This document shows positions 37,370-48,206 of a stretch of DNA of 64,000 nucleotides, piece by piece; position 1 is the stretch's first letter, and each line of letters begins with the position of its first letter. The DNA comes from a virus: IMG/VR virus record IMGVR_UViG_3300045283_000116, positions 1 through 64,000 of that record; one strand, 5' to 3'. Under the pieces are notes generated by a model. It was not told where the DNA came from. It saw nothing but the letters and a program-made list of their open reading frames with translations, and searched no databases. Position numbers and translations under genes: made by a program.

Positions 37370-40300
37370 ATGGATCAGACGCCGTTCGCGGGCCTGACTG
37401 TTCTCCAGCGCGGGGATGCGCTGGCAGTCGGCACTCCGTTCACGGACCGCGACGTGCGTACCGTCGACCACTACCTGCGCGTTGGCGCGATCGACCATCG
37501 CCACGACGCGCACCCGGCGCTCGCCAACCCGCAGGTCGCGCCGGGCGTGACCGTCGACCCGAGCGCGGGCCAGCTCACCCCGGACACGACGTACTACGTG
37601 GGCTTCACGCTGCTGGACAGCTTCCAGGGTGAGACCGCAGTCTCCCCTTTGGGGTCGGGGGCCACGCCGCCCGGCCTGACGGACCCGACCGAGGCTCCGG
37701 TGGCGTCCGCTGTCTACACGGGCGGGACGCTCACGCCCGCCACGTACTACTACACGGTCACGCTCATGGACGAGTTCGGCGGCGAGACGCTGCCGAGCCC
37801 TGTCGCGCAGGTGAGCGTCGACTACGGCCACGCCTCGGCGACGGTGCTCATCAGCGGCTTGCTCGCCGTCAACGACGGCAACCCGGTGCGCCTGTATCGC
37901 TCGACGAACGGCGGCACCTACGACTACGTGGACTCGATCGCCTCGGATGTCGACTCGTACGTCGACGACGGCGCGGAGTGCATCGACTGCGGAATCGGGA
38001 CTCCAGTCGTGAACAACACCATGAGCATCTCGAGGCTCCTGGTGACCGTGCCGTCGGCGGCGGTGGCAAGCGCGGCGGGGTTCGGGCTGTACTGCTCGGA
38101 CGCGCCGGATCTGGCGACCCCCGCGTTCATTGGCTTCCTCCCGGCCGCGAGCGCGGGGGTCCCGATCCAGATCGACAGCCCGTTGTTCGCCCCCGGCGAG
38201 CCGCCTCCTGTGTCGATGTCGACGCCGGGGGCGAACAAGATCGACCCGGACACGGAGTTGATCGACTGGCACTGGCTGCGGCCGGTGGACACGTGGGCGT
38301 CGCTTGGCGAGGGCGTCAACGGCGATGTGCGCATGGCGATGGACACGAAGTTCATCTGGACGCCGAGCGGCTCGGGTGCCGTGGTGGCCGACGACTGGAT
38401 GCGCGTGCCGGGGACCACCGGCATGAACGGCGTCGGCGTCATCGACGGCAACGGCCACGCTGCATCCGGCTCGGCGATCGAGTTCACCGCCTCCGGCAAC
38501 GTCCACGTCGCGGTGTCGCAGGGCGTCGGCGGCTCGGCACAGGTGCTCATCGGCAGCGCGGACCCGACGCTGTACGACGGCGACGAGCTCGACTGGCTGT
38601 ACGGCACCCCGAGCGCTCCGGGCACTGAGCTCGCGCACATCAAGGCGACCTCGTCCGGCGCGGAGTGGACCCAGGTCACCGAGCTCACCGGGGTCAGCCA
38701 GGACACGTCGGGATTCCAGTCGTTCGCTCTGGACGCGGCGCACACCAGCGACTACGCGATCGCCGAGTACGACGCCTCGGCGCGGCCGGGCTCCGTCCAC
38801 GGCATCGGCTTCCAGGACCCGTCCGGCAACGTGCTGTGCCTCACCTACTACAGCGGCTACGCCCTGTTCGACGGCCCGCCGTTCGTCGGCGGAAGCCAGA
38901 TCCACGCGTTCTCGTCGCCGCCGTCGACGACCGGATGGATTGTCCTCTCGCGGCTCGGCAGCACGATCCGCCTCGAGCATTGGACCGGCGATCCGGCCGG
39001 GGGCGGAACCGTCGACTACAGCCAGGACTACGTCCTTACCGGCACGCTGGCGACGCACTTCGGCGGGGGCGCATCCTGCTTCCCGATCTATTGGGGCACG
39101 GGCGCGACGTACACCGCGGACATCCTGCGCGCGAGCCGCGGCGTGACGCTGAAGGCGCTGCTCGCAAGCGTCGACGGGAGTCCCGAGAAGGCCCTGATGC
39201 GCGACGACGGGACCTCGGACTTCCAGATCACGCTCGGCGGCTACGACCGCATCCAGTCGCTCGAGATCGTCGGCGCGGGCGGCACCACCGTGGACACGGT
39301 TGCCACGGTTGGCGGCAGCGCACGGGTGACGGTGACCGGTGCGATGGGCGGCAGCGGTGCGTCCGGCGCTCCGGGTCCTCCCGGTCCGACCGGCGCTACC
39401 GGCCCTGTTGGTCCGACCGGCGCGACCGGTGACCCCGGCGCTACCGGTCCGCCCGGCGCGACCGGCCCGACTGGCGCGACGGGTCCGGTCGGTCCCGCTG
39501 GCCCAACGGGTCCCGCTGGCGTGACCGGGCCGGTCGGGGCTACCGGGCCGCAAGGCATACAGGGCGTGCAAGGCGTCATCGGACCTACCGGTGCGACCGG
39601 GCCTGCCGGAACAGCGGGCGTCGTCGGCGCGACCGGCCCGACCGGAGCCACGGGTCCGACCGGTGCGACCGGACCTACCGGGGCCACCGGACCTGCGGGT
39701 ACCGCGGGCGCGATCGGCGCGACCGGGCCGGTCGGCGCAACTGGACCGACTGGAGTCACAGGTCCGGCCGGGGTCGCCGGTCCGACCGGCGCGACAGGTC
39801 CGGCTGGCACGGCTGGCGCTGTTGGCGCGACGGGACCGACCGGCCCGCAAGGCACCGCGGGCACCACTGGCGCGACCGGCGCGACAGGACCGACCGGCGC
39901 GACCGGACCGACCGGCGCGACCGGACCGACCGGCGCGACCGGACCGACCGGCGCGACCGGACCGACCGGCGCGACCGGACCCATTGGGGCCACCGGACCC
40001 ACTGGACCCATTGGCACCAGTGGCGGCCGGACGTTCTGGCTTGACTATCAGGACAAGTCGGCCGTAACCCCGACCTACGGAACGGTGGTGGAGGCCCCGA
40101 GTCTGAAGACGCAGACCGCGCTCAGCCTGACCCTGTCGGGAACCTCCAACACTTTCGCCGCGGGCTTCATCTCACCCGATGGAGTTCCTGGGACCGCGGT
40201 GTATCCACCCGAAACCGGAATCCTCCGGGACATCTACGGCATCGTGACGACTCCCGGTGCCTTCGCGACGATCACGGTCTACGTCGCCGTGCTTGATCCG

Positions 40301-43300
40301 GCGACTTCGGCCGAGAGCGGCGTCAGTCAGGTCACGAGCGCGCCGTTCGGCTACTCCGCAGCCCCGCAGCTCATTCAGATACCCAGCACCACCACGGTGG
40401 GCGTGCCGATGAAGCCGGGGGATCGCATAACGGTCAAGATTTGGATGGCGCGCGTTAGCGGTCCCGCCAGCATCGGTGCCGCGGTCTACTTCGACGGCTA
40501 CGACTATGCGTCGTACGTCCAGACCTCGCTCAGCGGCGGGCAGGGCGACGTGGGTGCCGCGGGGTTGCCGGGAACCGTGGGGTTGCCGGGAGCTACCGGG
40601 GCGACCGGGCCAACGGGAGCTACCGGGCCGACCGGGGCTACGGGTCCGACTGGAGTCACGGGTCCGGCCGGGGTAGTCGGTCCGACCGGCGCAACCGGGC
40701 CACAGGGCATCGCGGGTACCACTGGCGCGGTCGGTGCGACCGGGCCGATTGGAGCGACCGGGCCGATCGGCGCAACGGGTCCGACCGGAGTCGCAGGTCC
40801 GATCGGCGCGACTGGCCCACAGGGCGTCATCGGCCCGACGGGAGTGACCGGCCCGGCCGGAACGACCGGAGCCGTGGGCGCAACGGGACCGACGGGTGCA
40901 ACGGGGCCGATCGGTGCAACGGGTCCAGTCGGGATCAACGACCGCGGGGCATTCACGAACCCAACGGCGTATGCGGTCGGGGATGCCGTTACGTCGGCGG
41001 GTGGCTACTACCGCTGCATCCTCGGTTACACGTCGAGCGCCACGTTGCCCGCTGCCGATCCGACCCACTGGGCACAGCTCGCCGCGCCTGGCGTCACCGG
41101 ACCTACCGGAGCGACCGGGCCTACCGGGGCGACGGGACCTACCGGCGCGACGGGACCCATCGGCGCGACCGGACCCACGGGCTCGACCGGCGCGATCGGC
41201 GCGACCGGCCCCGGTGGAACGCCTGGCGCTGTCGGAGCGACCGGACCTGTCGGAGCGACCGGACCCGTCGGCGTAACGGGTCCGACTGGAGTCACAGGCC
41301 CAACCGGCGCTACGGGACCCATCGGGGCGACGGGGCCACAGGGTGCGACGAGCTACGACACCGACCAGATCGGTGCCGTCAAGGCGTGGTCGGCCAGCCT
41401 CGCTTCGATCCCCGCGGGCTACGTGGTGTGCAACGGCGCGACCTATACGCAGGTTGCGTACCCACAGGCTTATGACTTCGCCGTGACGAACGCCACAGGC
41501 TCGAACGGCCTCTGGGCGGCGGATACGTCAGCCCACACGTTCAGGGTGCCGAACCTCGCCGACCGCTTCATCTACGGCGTCGGCAGCCGGGCTGTCGGTA
41601 CGAGTTCGATTACCTCGCCGCCCGGCGCGGCGAACCTGGGCGAGGAGACGCACGTCCTGACTCCGGCCGAGACGGCGATGATCGCCCACGGCCACACGAT
41701 CACCGGCAACACGGGCAACCAGGGTGCACCCGACCACCTTCACCAGACTCCGGTCGCGGGCTACCAGTACCTCCTCTGGCTCGGGGAGGCGTGCCTCATC
41801 AACGCCGGGGCCGGGAGCGCGTACCCGCACGGCGCGGCCGCGAACACGGGCGCGTCGGACCGCAGCCTCGCCCACACGCACGACCAGGGCACGCTCGCCA
41901 ACTCCCTCACCACGGCGGCGAGCGGGGCGGCGCACAACAACATGCCGCCGTACGTGGTGCTGTTCTGGATCGTCAAGGTCGCCGGGGCGACGATCAGCGC
42001 GTCGGTCATCACCGGCCCACCGGGACCGACCGGCGCGACAGGTCCGACCGGTGCGACCGGGCCGACAGGCGCGACAGGTCCGATAGGCGCGACAGGTCCA
42101 CCGGTCTCTGAGACCTCCATCCTGGCCGCTGTTCCCGTTCTCGACGTAGGCGTGCTCAACCAGATCCGCGCCGGACGAACGCTCACGGCAGCCGACTTCA
42201 CAAGCATGGGCCTGTCGGCTCCGGTTGGCCTGTGGAATCTCTCCGACCTCACCGACGCGAGCGGTAACGGACGAGCCCTGACCAACAAGGGCTCAGTCAC
42301 GTTCGACGTAGGCATCAACGGTTCCGCCAGCACCGCGGCGAGGTTTACCAGCACCGCGGCACAAAACCTGTATATCGCCGATACCGGTGCCGCCGATCCG
42401 TTCAGAATCAGGAACGGCTCGTGGGGTTGCTGGGTGCGTACGGCAAAACGCGGCGCTTCGCAGTATCTCGTGGCAAAATCCACTGCCGCTGGCGGGGGAT
42501 ACGGGTACTTCATATCCGTACTGACCAGTAATGTCGTTTATGCGCAGGTGTCCGGTGACGGGAGCGGCACAGCCAATATCGCTGGAACGACCGATATCGC
42601 CGACGATCGCTGGCATTTCGTTGTTGCCACATTCGACTCGATGTTCCTCCGCGCGTATGTAGATGGAGCCCTCGAGGCCCTTGTTCCGACCGCGAATGTC
42701 CCGATCTTTGGGACCTCGGGTGCATTGAACGTCGGTGCCTACGGTGGGGATGCTGCCACCGCCAACAACGGGCCTCATGGCGGTCGTATTGACGAGGCGT
42801 TCGTCACCACCGACGTACTGAGCGACGAGCAGGTTCGCTTGCTCTACTGCGCACGGATTCCGCACAGCCTCGGCGTCACACCGGGTCACGCTTCGGTCAA
42901 CGTTCATCGCCGTCGCAAGGGCGCAACAGCGATATCCGCCGACTTCGTGACCGCACCACAGCGCTGGTACAACTTCACGAACGGGTCGATCGCCGACAGT
43001 GGCTCGCAGGGCGTCTCAGTGGCCCCGGTGAATACCGCTCCCGTGCCTATCTCCGGAGCGGACGGCACAAAGGACAACGCCGTCATGTTCGGCGGGGCCG
43101 GATACCTGGCGTCAACGGATGCGCTCCTGCCCGCGGGCCTCGCTGCACGCAGCTACGGATGCTGGTTCAAGGTCAACAACGTCACCACGGGCTCAAATCA
43201 AACCATGATCGCCTGGGGCACGTACAGCACGGCGGATCTCAGGCTCGTTATGAACAACGCGGGAATACTCCAAACCATTGAGGCGGGCAACATCATCAGC

Positions 43301-43702
43301 GGCCCATTCGTCGCCGACGGACAATGGCATCACGTGGTTGGAGTCGAAGATAACTCAGCGGTCGACGGCCTGAAGCGCAAGCTGTATCTCGACGGTCGAG
43401 TGGTCGGTTCAGACACCACCATGTTCACGATCACCCTGGCCGGAGCCAACAAGTTCGCCATTGGCAACAACGGCAACTCGCCAGCTAGCGCTCCGTATCA
43501 GGGCATCATCGACTCCGTCTTCGTATGCGATTTCGCGATGCCATTCGAGACCGTTGCCAAGCTCTACACGAAGGGAGCCCAGGATCTCGGAGCCAGCCCC
43601 AAGAACTCCGGTGACCATGTCGAGCGCATGGACGCGACGAGCATTCTTGCGATCTTCGACAGCATCGACATGCAGAACACCGTGGACATGGTGATCGCAT
43701 GA
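37370..43702 (+). CDS. Long tail fibre: collagen GPT/GAT tracts, tail-collar domain, two LamG-like domains
   Basis: 2,110 aa; IGAVKAW...[10 protein letters not shown]...FRVPNL...HNNMPPY collar; [10 protein letters not shown] and DGQWHHVVG...LYLDG LamG. Confidence 0.88.
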   Translation: MDQTPFAGLTVLQRGDALAVGTPFTDRDVRTVDHYLRVGAIDHRHDAHPALANPQVAPGVTVDPSAGQLTPDTTYYVGFTLLDSFQGETAVSPLGSGATPPGLTDPTEAPVASAVYTGGTLTPATYYYTVTLMDEFGGETLPSPVAQVSVDYGHASATVLISGLLAVNDGNPVRLYRSTNGGTYDYVDSIASDVDSYVDDGAECIDCGIGTPVVNNTMSISRLLVTVPSAAVASAAGFGLYCSDAPDLATPAFIGFLPAASAGVPIQIDSPLFAPGEPPPVSMSTPGANKIDPDTELIDWHWLRPVDTWASLGEGVNGDVRMAMDTKFIWTPSGSGAVVADDWMRVPGTTGMNGVGVIDGNGHAASGSAIEFTASGNVHVAVSQGVGGSAQVLIGSADPTLYDGDELDWLYGTPSAPGTELAHIKATSSGAEWTQVTELTGVSQDTSGFQSFALDAAHTSDYAIAEYDASARPGSVHGIGFQDPSGNVLCLTYYSGYALFDGPPFVGGSQIHAFSSPPSTTGWIVLSRLGSTIRLEHWTGDPAGGGTVDYSQDYVLTGTLATHFGGGASCFPIYWGTGATYTADILRASRGVTLKALLASVDGSPEKALMRDDGTSDFQITLGGYDRIQSLEIVGAGGTTVDTVATVGGSARVTVTGAMGGSGASGAPGPPGPTGATGPVGPTGATGDPGATGPPGATGPTGATGPVGPAGPTGPAGVTGPVGATGPQGIQGVQGVIGPTGATGPAGTAGVVGATGPTGATGPTGATGPTGATGPAGTAGAIGATGPVGATGPTGVTGPAGVAGPTGATGPAGTAGAVGATGPTGPQGTAGTTGATGATGPTGATGPTGATGPTGATGPTGATGPTGATGPIGATGPTGPIGTSGGRTFWLDYQDKSAVTPTYGTVVEAPSLKTQTALSLTLSGTSNTFAAGFISPDGVPGTAVYPPETGILRDIYGIVTTPGAFATITVYVAVLDPATSAESGVSQVTSAPFGYSAAPQLIQIPSTTTVGVPMKPGDRITVKIWMARVSGPASIGAAVYFDGYDYASYVQTSLSGGQGDVGAAGLPGTVGLPGATGATGPTGATGPTGATGPTGVTGPAGVVGPTGATGPQGIAGTTGAVGATGPIGATGPIGATGPTGVAGPIGATGPQGVIGPTGVTGPAGTTGAVGATGPTGATGPIGATGPVGINDRGAFTNPTAYAVGDAVTSAGGYYRCILGYTSSATLPAADPTHWAQLAAPGVTGPTGATGPTGATGPTGATGPIGATGPTGSTGAIGATGPGGTPGAVGATGPVGATGPVGVTGPTGVTGPTGATGPIGATGPQGATSYDTDQIGAVKAWSASLASIPAGYVVCNGATYTQVAYPQAYDFAVTNATGSNGLWAADTSAHTFRVPNLADRFIYGVGSRAVGTSSITSPPGAANLGEETHVLTPAETAMIAHGHTITGNTGNQGAPDHLHQTPVAGYQYLLWLGEACLINAGAGSAYPHGAAANTGASDRSLAHTHDQGTLANSLTTAASGAAHNNMPPYVVLFWIVKVAGATISASVITGPPGPTGATGPTGATGPTGATGPIGATGPPVSETSILAAVPVLDVGVLNQIRAGRTLTAADFTSMGLSAPVGLWNLSDLTDASGNGRALTNKGSVTFDVGINGSASTAARFTSTAAQNLYIADTGAADPFRIRNGSWGCWVRTAKRGASQYLVAKSTAAGGGYGYFISVLTSNVVYAQVSGDGSGTANIAGTTDIADDRWHFVVATFDSMFLRAYVDGALEALVPTANVPIFGTSGALNVGAYGGDAATANNGPHGGRIDEAFVTTDVLSDEQVRLLYCARIPHSLGVTPGHASVNVHRRRKGATAISADFVTAPQRWYNFTNGSIADSGSQGVSVAPVNTAPVPISGADGTKDNAVMFGGAGYLASTDALLPAGLAARSYGCWFKVNNVTTGSNQTMIAWGTYSTADLRLVMNNAGILQTIEAGNIISGPFVADGQWHHVVGVEDNSAVDGLKRKLYLDGRVVGSDTTMFTITLAGANKFAIGNNGNSPASAPYQGIIDSVFVCDFAMPFETVAKLYTKGAQDLGASPKNSGDHVERMDATSILAIFDSIDMQNTVDMVIA
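39887..39981 (+). repeat. Perfect 18-bp tandem repeat (about 5 copies) encoding GPTGAT
   Basis: (ggaccgaccggcgcgacc)n. Confidence 0.85.
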
Positions 43703-44115
43703 GGTCAACCCGTACGCCGATCCGGGGGATCTTCTCGCATACGATGACGGCCACCGGCGCTGCCGGATTCATAGTCGCGACTCTCGCGCCCGTGGGCGGT
43801 AATCAGATGGTGGCGTCGGGTGTGATGAACACCATCGTCATCCCTCGCGATGGCTGGTACAAGTTTTCGTTGGACGCGCAGTATCAGAACTCCGCTGGTA
43901 GTGCCTTTTACTCGTATGTTCAGCAGAACGGGACTAACATCATCATCGTGTCGGGCAATCAGAACGCTGTGGCATCCGCCCCTACGGCGGCCTACAGTCG
44001 TGTGGCCTGGTGCAAGGCGGGGGATAGGATTGTCGTTCAATCGAGCCACAACGAGGGCGGAGCGACAGTTCGCCAGATCAATGGCGTTCTGACGATTGAG
44101 GAGATCGTGTCATGA
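43699..44115 (+). CDS. C1q/TNF-like fibre-associated protein
   Basis: [12 protein letters not shown]...CKAGDRIVV. Confidence 0.6.
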   Translation: MRSTRTPIRGIFSHTMTATGAAGFIVATLAPVGGNQMVASGVMNTIVIPRDGWYKFSLDAQYQNSAGSAFYSYVQQNGTNIIIVSGNQNAVASAPTAAYSRVAWCKAGDRIVVQSSHNEGGATVRQINGVLTIEEIVS

Positions 44116-45185
44116 GGCTCCACGTCGTCAGCCTGCCCCACACGCAGACGACCGGCGAGTACAACCAGTGCGCCTACACGGCCAAGGCCACCCGGTTCTG
44201 CACGATGATGACCGACCTCGGTCACGACGTGATCCTGTACGCCTCCGAGGAGAACGAGGCGCGCTGCGCCGAGCTGGTGACGTGCATCACGAAGAACCAG
44301 CAGGAGAACATGATCCCGGAGGGCGAGGTCTACGAGGTCGACTTCGACCCGACGCTGCCGTTCTGGCGGCACTTCAACGCCAAGGTGATCGAGAAGCTGC
44401 GCCCGCGGCTCGAGCCTCACGACTTCATCTGCCTGACGGTCGGCGACCCGCACCGCGAGATCGTCGAGGCGTACCCGAACCACATCGTTGTCGAGACTGG
44501 AGTCGGATACGAAGGCATCCTGCCGTCGACGTGGAAGGTGTACGAGAGCTACGCATGGATGCACGCCATGTACGGGAAGAACGGCCCGACCGCCGCTGAC
44601 GGCCGCGCGTTCGACGCGGTGATCCCGAACTTCTACGACGTGGATGACTTCCCGGCCGGGGACGGGGACGGCGGCTACTACGCCTTCCTGTCGCGGATGA
44701 CGCCGCGCAAGGGGCCGACGATCGCGATCGACGCCGCGGCCGAAGTTGGCGCGGAACTGTGGGTCGGCGGGTCGGGCGGCGACCGGATCGAGGCCGACCA
44801 CGTGAAGTACCTCGGGTTTCTGGACGCAGAGGGGCGCGCGAAGGCGCTGGGCGGCGCGATCGCGACGTTCGTCCCAACGCAGTACATCGAGCCGTTCGGC
44901 GGGGTCGCGGTCGAGTCGATGCTTTGCGGGACTCCGGTCATCACTTCGGACTTCGGCGCGTTCACCGAGACGGTGCACCACGGCGTTGACGGCTACCGCT
45001 GTCACGTGATGGGCGAGTACGTCATCGCCGCACTGGCCGCCCACGAGCTCGACCGCGACGCGATCCGCGAGTCGGCGATCTCGCGATTCTCGACGGAGGT
45101 TGCGGGTCGCAGATACGAGCTGCACTTCGGCCGGTTGCTGACGCTGTGGGGCGCAGGGTTCTACGAAGGGGTGACCGTCCGGTGA
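44112..45185 (+). CDS. Glycosyltransferase family 4 (GT-B)
   Basis: RMTPRKG...EPFGGVAVESMLCGTPVITSDFGAFTE. Confidence 0.9.
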   Translation: MRLHVVSLPHTQTTGEYNQCAYTAKATRFCTMMTDLGHDVILYASEENEARCAELVTCITKNQQENMIPEGEVYEVDFDPTLPFWRHFNAKVIEKLRPRLEPHDFICLTVGDPHREIVEAYPNHIVVETGVGYEGILPSTWKVYESYAWMHAMYGKNGPTAADGRAFDAVIPNFYDVDDFPAGDGDGGYYAFLSRMTPRKGPTIAIDAAAEVGAELWVGGSGGDRIEADHVKYLGFLDAEGRAKALGGAIATFVPTQYIEPFGGVAVESMLCGTPVITSDFGAFTETVHHGVDGYRCHVMGEYVIAALAAHELDRDAIRESAISRFSTEVAGRRYELHFGRLLTLWGAGFYEGVTVR

Positions 45186-46933
45186 CGATCACTTCGATCG
45201 CGCCGGACCGTACGACGGCGACGATCGACCACACGATCATCGTCGACATCGTCGGCGGCGTGAACGTGATGCCCGCCATCCAGCGCCAGTGGTGCTTCGA
45301 GGCGATCGACACCTGCGCGTTCGACTGGATGCGTCTCGCCGCCGCGGTAGGTGTGAACACGCACGACTCGACCCTCGGGCAGGCCGGAGTCACGCCCGCC
45401 AACATCCGCATCGTCTGCGAGGTCGTGCCGAAGGGGAGCATCTCGCGCTTCGACCAAGGCGAATACGGCTACGGCGTGTGGGGCGACCCGCGGCTTCCGG
45501 AGAACCACGTCTACATCTGGGATGGCCTCGGGGCCAACCCGCCGCCGTTCGGTGGCCGCATGTTCTTCAAGGAGACCGTCATCCATGCGCTCGGGGACAT
45601 CGCCACCGTGGCGCTCGCGCCGCAGAAGGACCCGTGGAAGATGGCGGAGCTCGGGATGGCGATGGGTCTCGGCACCGTCACCACCGAGAGCTTCGACACG
45701 CCGAACACGCCTCCGGACCTGCTCATGCCTCCGGACTCCCGTCCGAAGCAGACCGACCTCAACAACATGAAGAAGCCCAGCATCAACGAGGCGTACAACG
45801 CCTGGCTCGGCGTCGGAAAGCACATCAAGCAGCTACACCGCGACGACTTCTTCGAGCCGATCCCCGGCTTCCCGGACGAAACGGACAACTTCTACTACCT
45901 GTATTGGGGCAAGACGGTCGGGCTCGACGGCGTGCCCGGCATGTACAACCCCGACAATCCGGAGGTCGTCGGCGGGGGCGGGATGTTCCAGGAGACGTAC
46001 ATCACCGTCGACGCGCCGCCGTGGGACGAGGACCCGCGCGAGTTCATGGCCGAAGCGTTCAAGGACATCTACGCCGCCAACGGCGCGTACCGCTTCGCCA
46101 ACAGGACGAAACTCAAGGCGGACTATCGGGTCGTCGACAAGCACTTCTCGATCCTGCTGCCCCTGGGTGGCACCGGCTACACGGGGGCGGCGTCCGACAT
46201 CGGCTCGGCGCTGCTGGGGGTCAATCAGGACACGGGTGCCCTGACCCAGAACGAGCTGTCGATCCGCACCGGCCTGCCGCACTCGAAGATCACGCAGCAC
46301 TCCTCGATCCAGACGCGGCCGTGGGGAATGGAGGACGAGCCTCACGTGGTGGGCACGACCTACGAGGTCTCGGTTCAGACGACGATCGAACAGCAGGACG
46401 AACGGCAGACGGTCACCGCGCACGAGGGCTACAAGCGTGGGCTCACGATCGCGCTCAAGATCGACGAGCCCCACGGCGGAGTGTCCGAGGAGGACTGGTT
46501 GGCCGGGGTCGGGCTCGGGATCATCGGCAGCCAGATCAACATGCAGATCCTCGTCAATATCGCGACGTTGCCCGACCACAGCCCGCCGAACCCCTTGATC
46601 CGGCCGGGCATCGACTTCGGCAACACCATCGACGGCGTGACTGAAGTCTCACCCTTCCTGGCCGGGGTAGCGGTCATCAACCGCCACGCGCCGAACGGCT
46701 CCCCCGCTACGTTCCCGCTGAACATCCACGCCGAGTGGCACGCGCACTCGAGACGGGGGCCGGGGCGACTTGCGACTGGAGTCGTGAAGGTCAAGGGCTG
46801 GGACAACGGTGTGATGGTCCCGGCCGATCGGCACATGGGGCGCGGTGTGACGGCGGCCGACCAACACGAGCCCGCCGTATTGGACTCCGGTGGCACCGGA
46901 TACGCGCAGCCCTTGACGGTCAACGGCATCTGA
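45182..46933 (+). CDS. Large hypothetical protein with degenerate zincin-like motif
   Basis: ETVIHALGD...PREFMAEAF. Confidence 0.6.
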   Translation: MTITSIAPDRTTATIDHTIIVDIVGGVNVMPAIQRQWCFEAIDTCAFDWMRLAAAVGVNTHDSTLGQAGVTPANIRIVCEVVPKGSISRFDQGEYGYGVWGDPRLPENHVYIWDGLGANPPPFGGRMFFKETVIHALGDIATVALAPQKDPWKMAELGMAMGLGTVTTESFDTPNTPPDLLMPPDSRPKQTDLNNMKKPSINEAYNAWLGVGKHIKQLHRDDFFEPIPGFPDETDNFYYLYWGKTVGLDGVPGMYNPDNPEVVGGGGMFQETYITVDAPPWDEDPREFMAEAFKDIYAANGAYRFANRTKLKADYRVVDKHFSILLPLGGTGYTGAASDIGSALLGVNQDTGALTQNELSIRTGLPHSKITQHSSIQTRPWGMEDEPHVVGTTYEVSVQTTIEQQDERQTVTAHEGYKRGLTIALKIDEPHGGVSEEDWLAGVGLGIIGSQINMQILVNIATLPDHSPPNPLIRPGIDFGNTIDGVTEVSPFLAGVAVINRHAPNGSPATFPLNIHAEWHAHSRRGPGRLATGVVKVKGWDNGVMVPADRHMGRGVTAADQHEPAVLDSGGTGYAQPLTVNGI

Positions 46934-46949
46934 CGGTAGGGTTTTCCGC

Positions 46950-47035
46950 TGCGACAAAAAATGCGACGCCGCTGGACGGAGTTGTCCTAGACCGAGGACC
47001 ATTCCCGCGCTGAACCAGCGGCGTCGCAGTCGTTC
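46950..47035 (+). ncRNA. Structured leader upstream of rlpA-rpf
   Basis: TGCGACGCCGCTGG (46962-46975) pairs with CCAGCGGCGTCGCA (47015-47028); TAGGGT -10-like at 46937. Confidence 0.4.
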
Positions 47036-47059
47036 TACCACCTACCCGTAGGAGGAGAC

Positions 47060-47572
47060 ATGACGACGGACAAGGGTCCGCAGCATTTCATGGTCGGATT
47101 CGTCGGAGGTCTGACGATCGGCCTGTTGGTCGGCTGGCTCTATCTCAGCGGCGGCTCTGCTGGTGCGAAGCCGCGGCCGCACTGCTCCCCCGCGTGCGTC
47201 GAGCGCGTGAAGGGCAAGATCAGGAAGCGCCTGCACCACCGGCACGTACTGGAGGCGCGCCACGCTCGGTATCGGGCGGCGAAGGAACGTGCGGGCATGG
47301 CGACCGCCGTCGCGTCGTGGTACGAGGACGCCGGAGGAACGGCGTGCGGAACGCACTACAGGGACGGAGTGGCCCACAAGACGTTGCCGTGCGGCACGTT
47401 CGTCCGGATGTGCGCGGTGCGTTGCGTGACCGCGACCGTTCAAGACCGAGGGCCGTTCATCGCAGGACGCGAGTTCGATCTCAATCCTGGCCTCAAGGCC
47501 GACATCGGGTGCGGCGACATCTGCACGGTCCGTTGGGCCGTCGTCACCGAGCACCCTCCGACCGGAAGGTAG
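47060..47572 (+). CDS. rlpA: RlpA-like (double-psi beta-barrel) lytic transglycosylase, membrane-anchored
   Basis: N-terminal TM; ASWY...TACG...AHKTLPCGT...VQDRGPFIAGREFDL. Confidence 0.88.
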   Translation: MTTDKGPQHFMVGFVGGLTIGLLVGWLYLSGGSAGAKPRPHCSPACVERVKGKIRKRLHHRHVLEARHARYRAAKERAGMATAVASWYEDAGGTACGTHYRDGVAHKTLPCGTFVRMCAVRCVTATVQDRGPFIAGREFDLNPGLKADIGCGDICTVRWAVVTEHPPTGR

Positions 47573-47574
47573 AC

Positions 47575-47967
47575 ATGACCGTCCTACTGGCCTCACTGGC
47601 GCTCGTCGCCGCCCCGCATCCCATCCACCACCCCCGGCCCAGCCACTCGCCCTGTTCGATCGCGTGTATCGAGCGGGTGAAGACCAAGATCCGGCACGAC
47701 ATCCGGGTGCGCCATCGCAAGGAATGGCGGGCCTTCATCGCCCCGTACGTCGGCTGGCTCAGATCGACGCGCTCGTGCGAGTCGGGCGGCGACTACAAGA
47801 TCAACACGGGCAACGGGTTCTACGGTGCGTACCAGTTCGTCCTGACCACCTGGCAGTCGATGGGTGGCCGCGGGTTGCCCAACGACGCTTCGCCATTGGA
47901 GCAGGACTACCGGGCGGTGAAGCTGCTCAAGGCGGCTGGCACCGGGCCGTGGCCCGTCTGCGGGTAG
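47575..47967 (+). CDS. rpf: Resuscitation-promoting factor (Rpf) transglycosylase, secreted
   Basis: MTVLLASLALVAA signal; CESGGDYKINTGNGFYGAYQF..TTW...ASPLEQ...GPWPVCG with catalytic Glu and both Cys. Confidence 0.92.
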   Translation: MTVLLASLALVAAPHPIHHPRPSHSPCSIACIERVKTKIRHDIRVRHRKEWRAFIAPYVGWLRSTRSCESGGDYKINTGNGFYGAYQFVLTTWQSMGGRGLPNDASPLEQDYRAVKLLKAAGTGPWPVCG

Positions 47968-47979
47968 TCGTAGATTAGG
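47967..47979 (+). promoter_or_regulatory. Late promoter-like motif (copy 5, lysis cassette)
   Basis: Exact GTCGTAGATTAGG. Confidence 0.75.
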
Positions 47980-47990
47980 GGGCGAGCAAT

Positions 47991-48206
47991 GTGCTCGCCC
48001 TCGCCGCTGAAACCCTGTTTGGTGCAGTCGCCGCGCTGTGCTCCATCATCGGCATAGCGATGGCGATCCTCAGCCATATCGCTGGGCGCAGGAACGCGGC
48101 CGAGCAGGCTGCCGATGAGCTGCACGAGAAGCTGCTGGCTGAGCAGCGCCGCTCCGAGGAGCTCTCAGCCGAGCTCCACAGGCTGAGGATGGAGGAGCTG
48201 TCGTGA
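47991..48206 (+). CDS. TM plus coiled-coil lysis-cassette protein
   Basis: One TM then a charged helix. Confidence 0.6.
   Translation: MLALAAETLFGAVAALCSIIGIAMAILSHIAGRRNAAEQAADELHEKLLAEQRRSEELSAELHRLRMEELS

Noticed and set aside
36146-38270. Diversity-generating retroelement TR/VR pair
   Set aside because: The duplication is an old protein-level paralogy at N-termini, not adenine-specific, and no reverse transcriptase is present
39350-42100. Tandem repeats as a CRISPR array or VNTR element
   Set aside because: In-frame collagen Gly-X-Y coding repeats with no unique spacers
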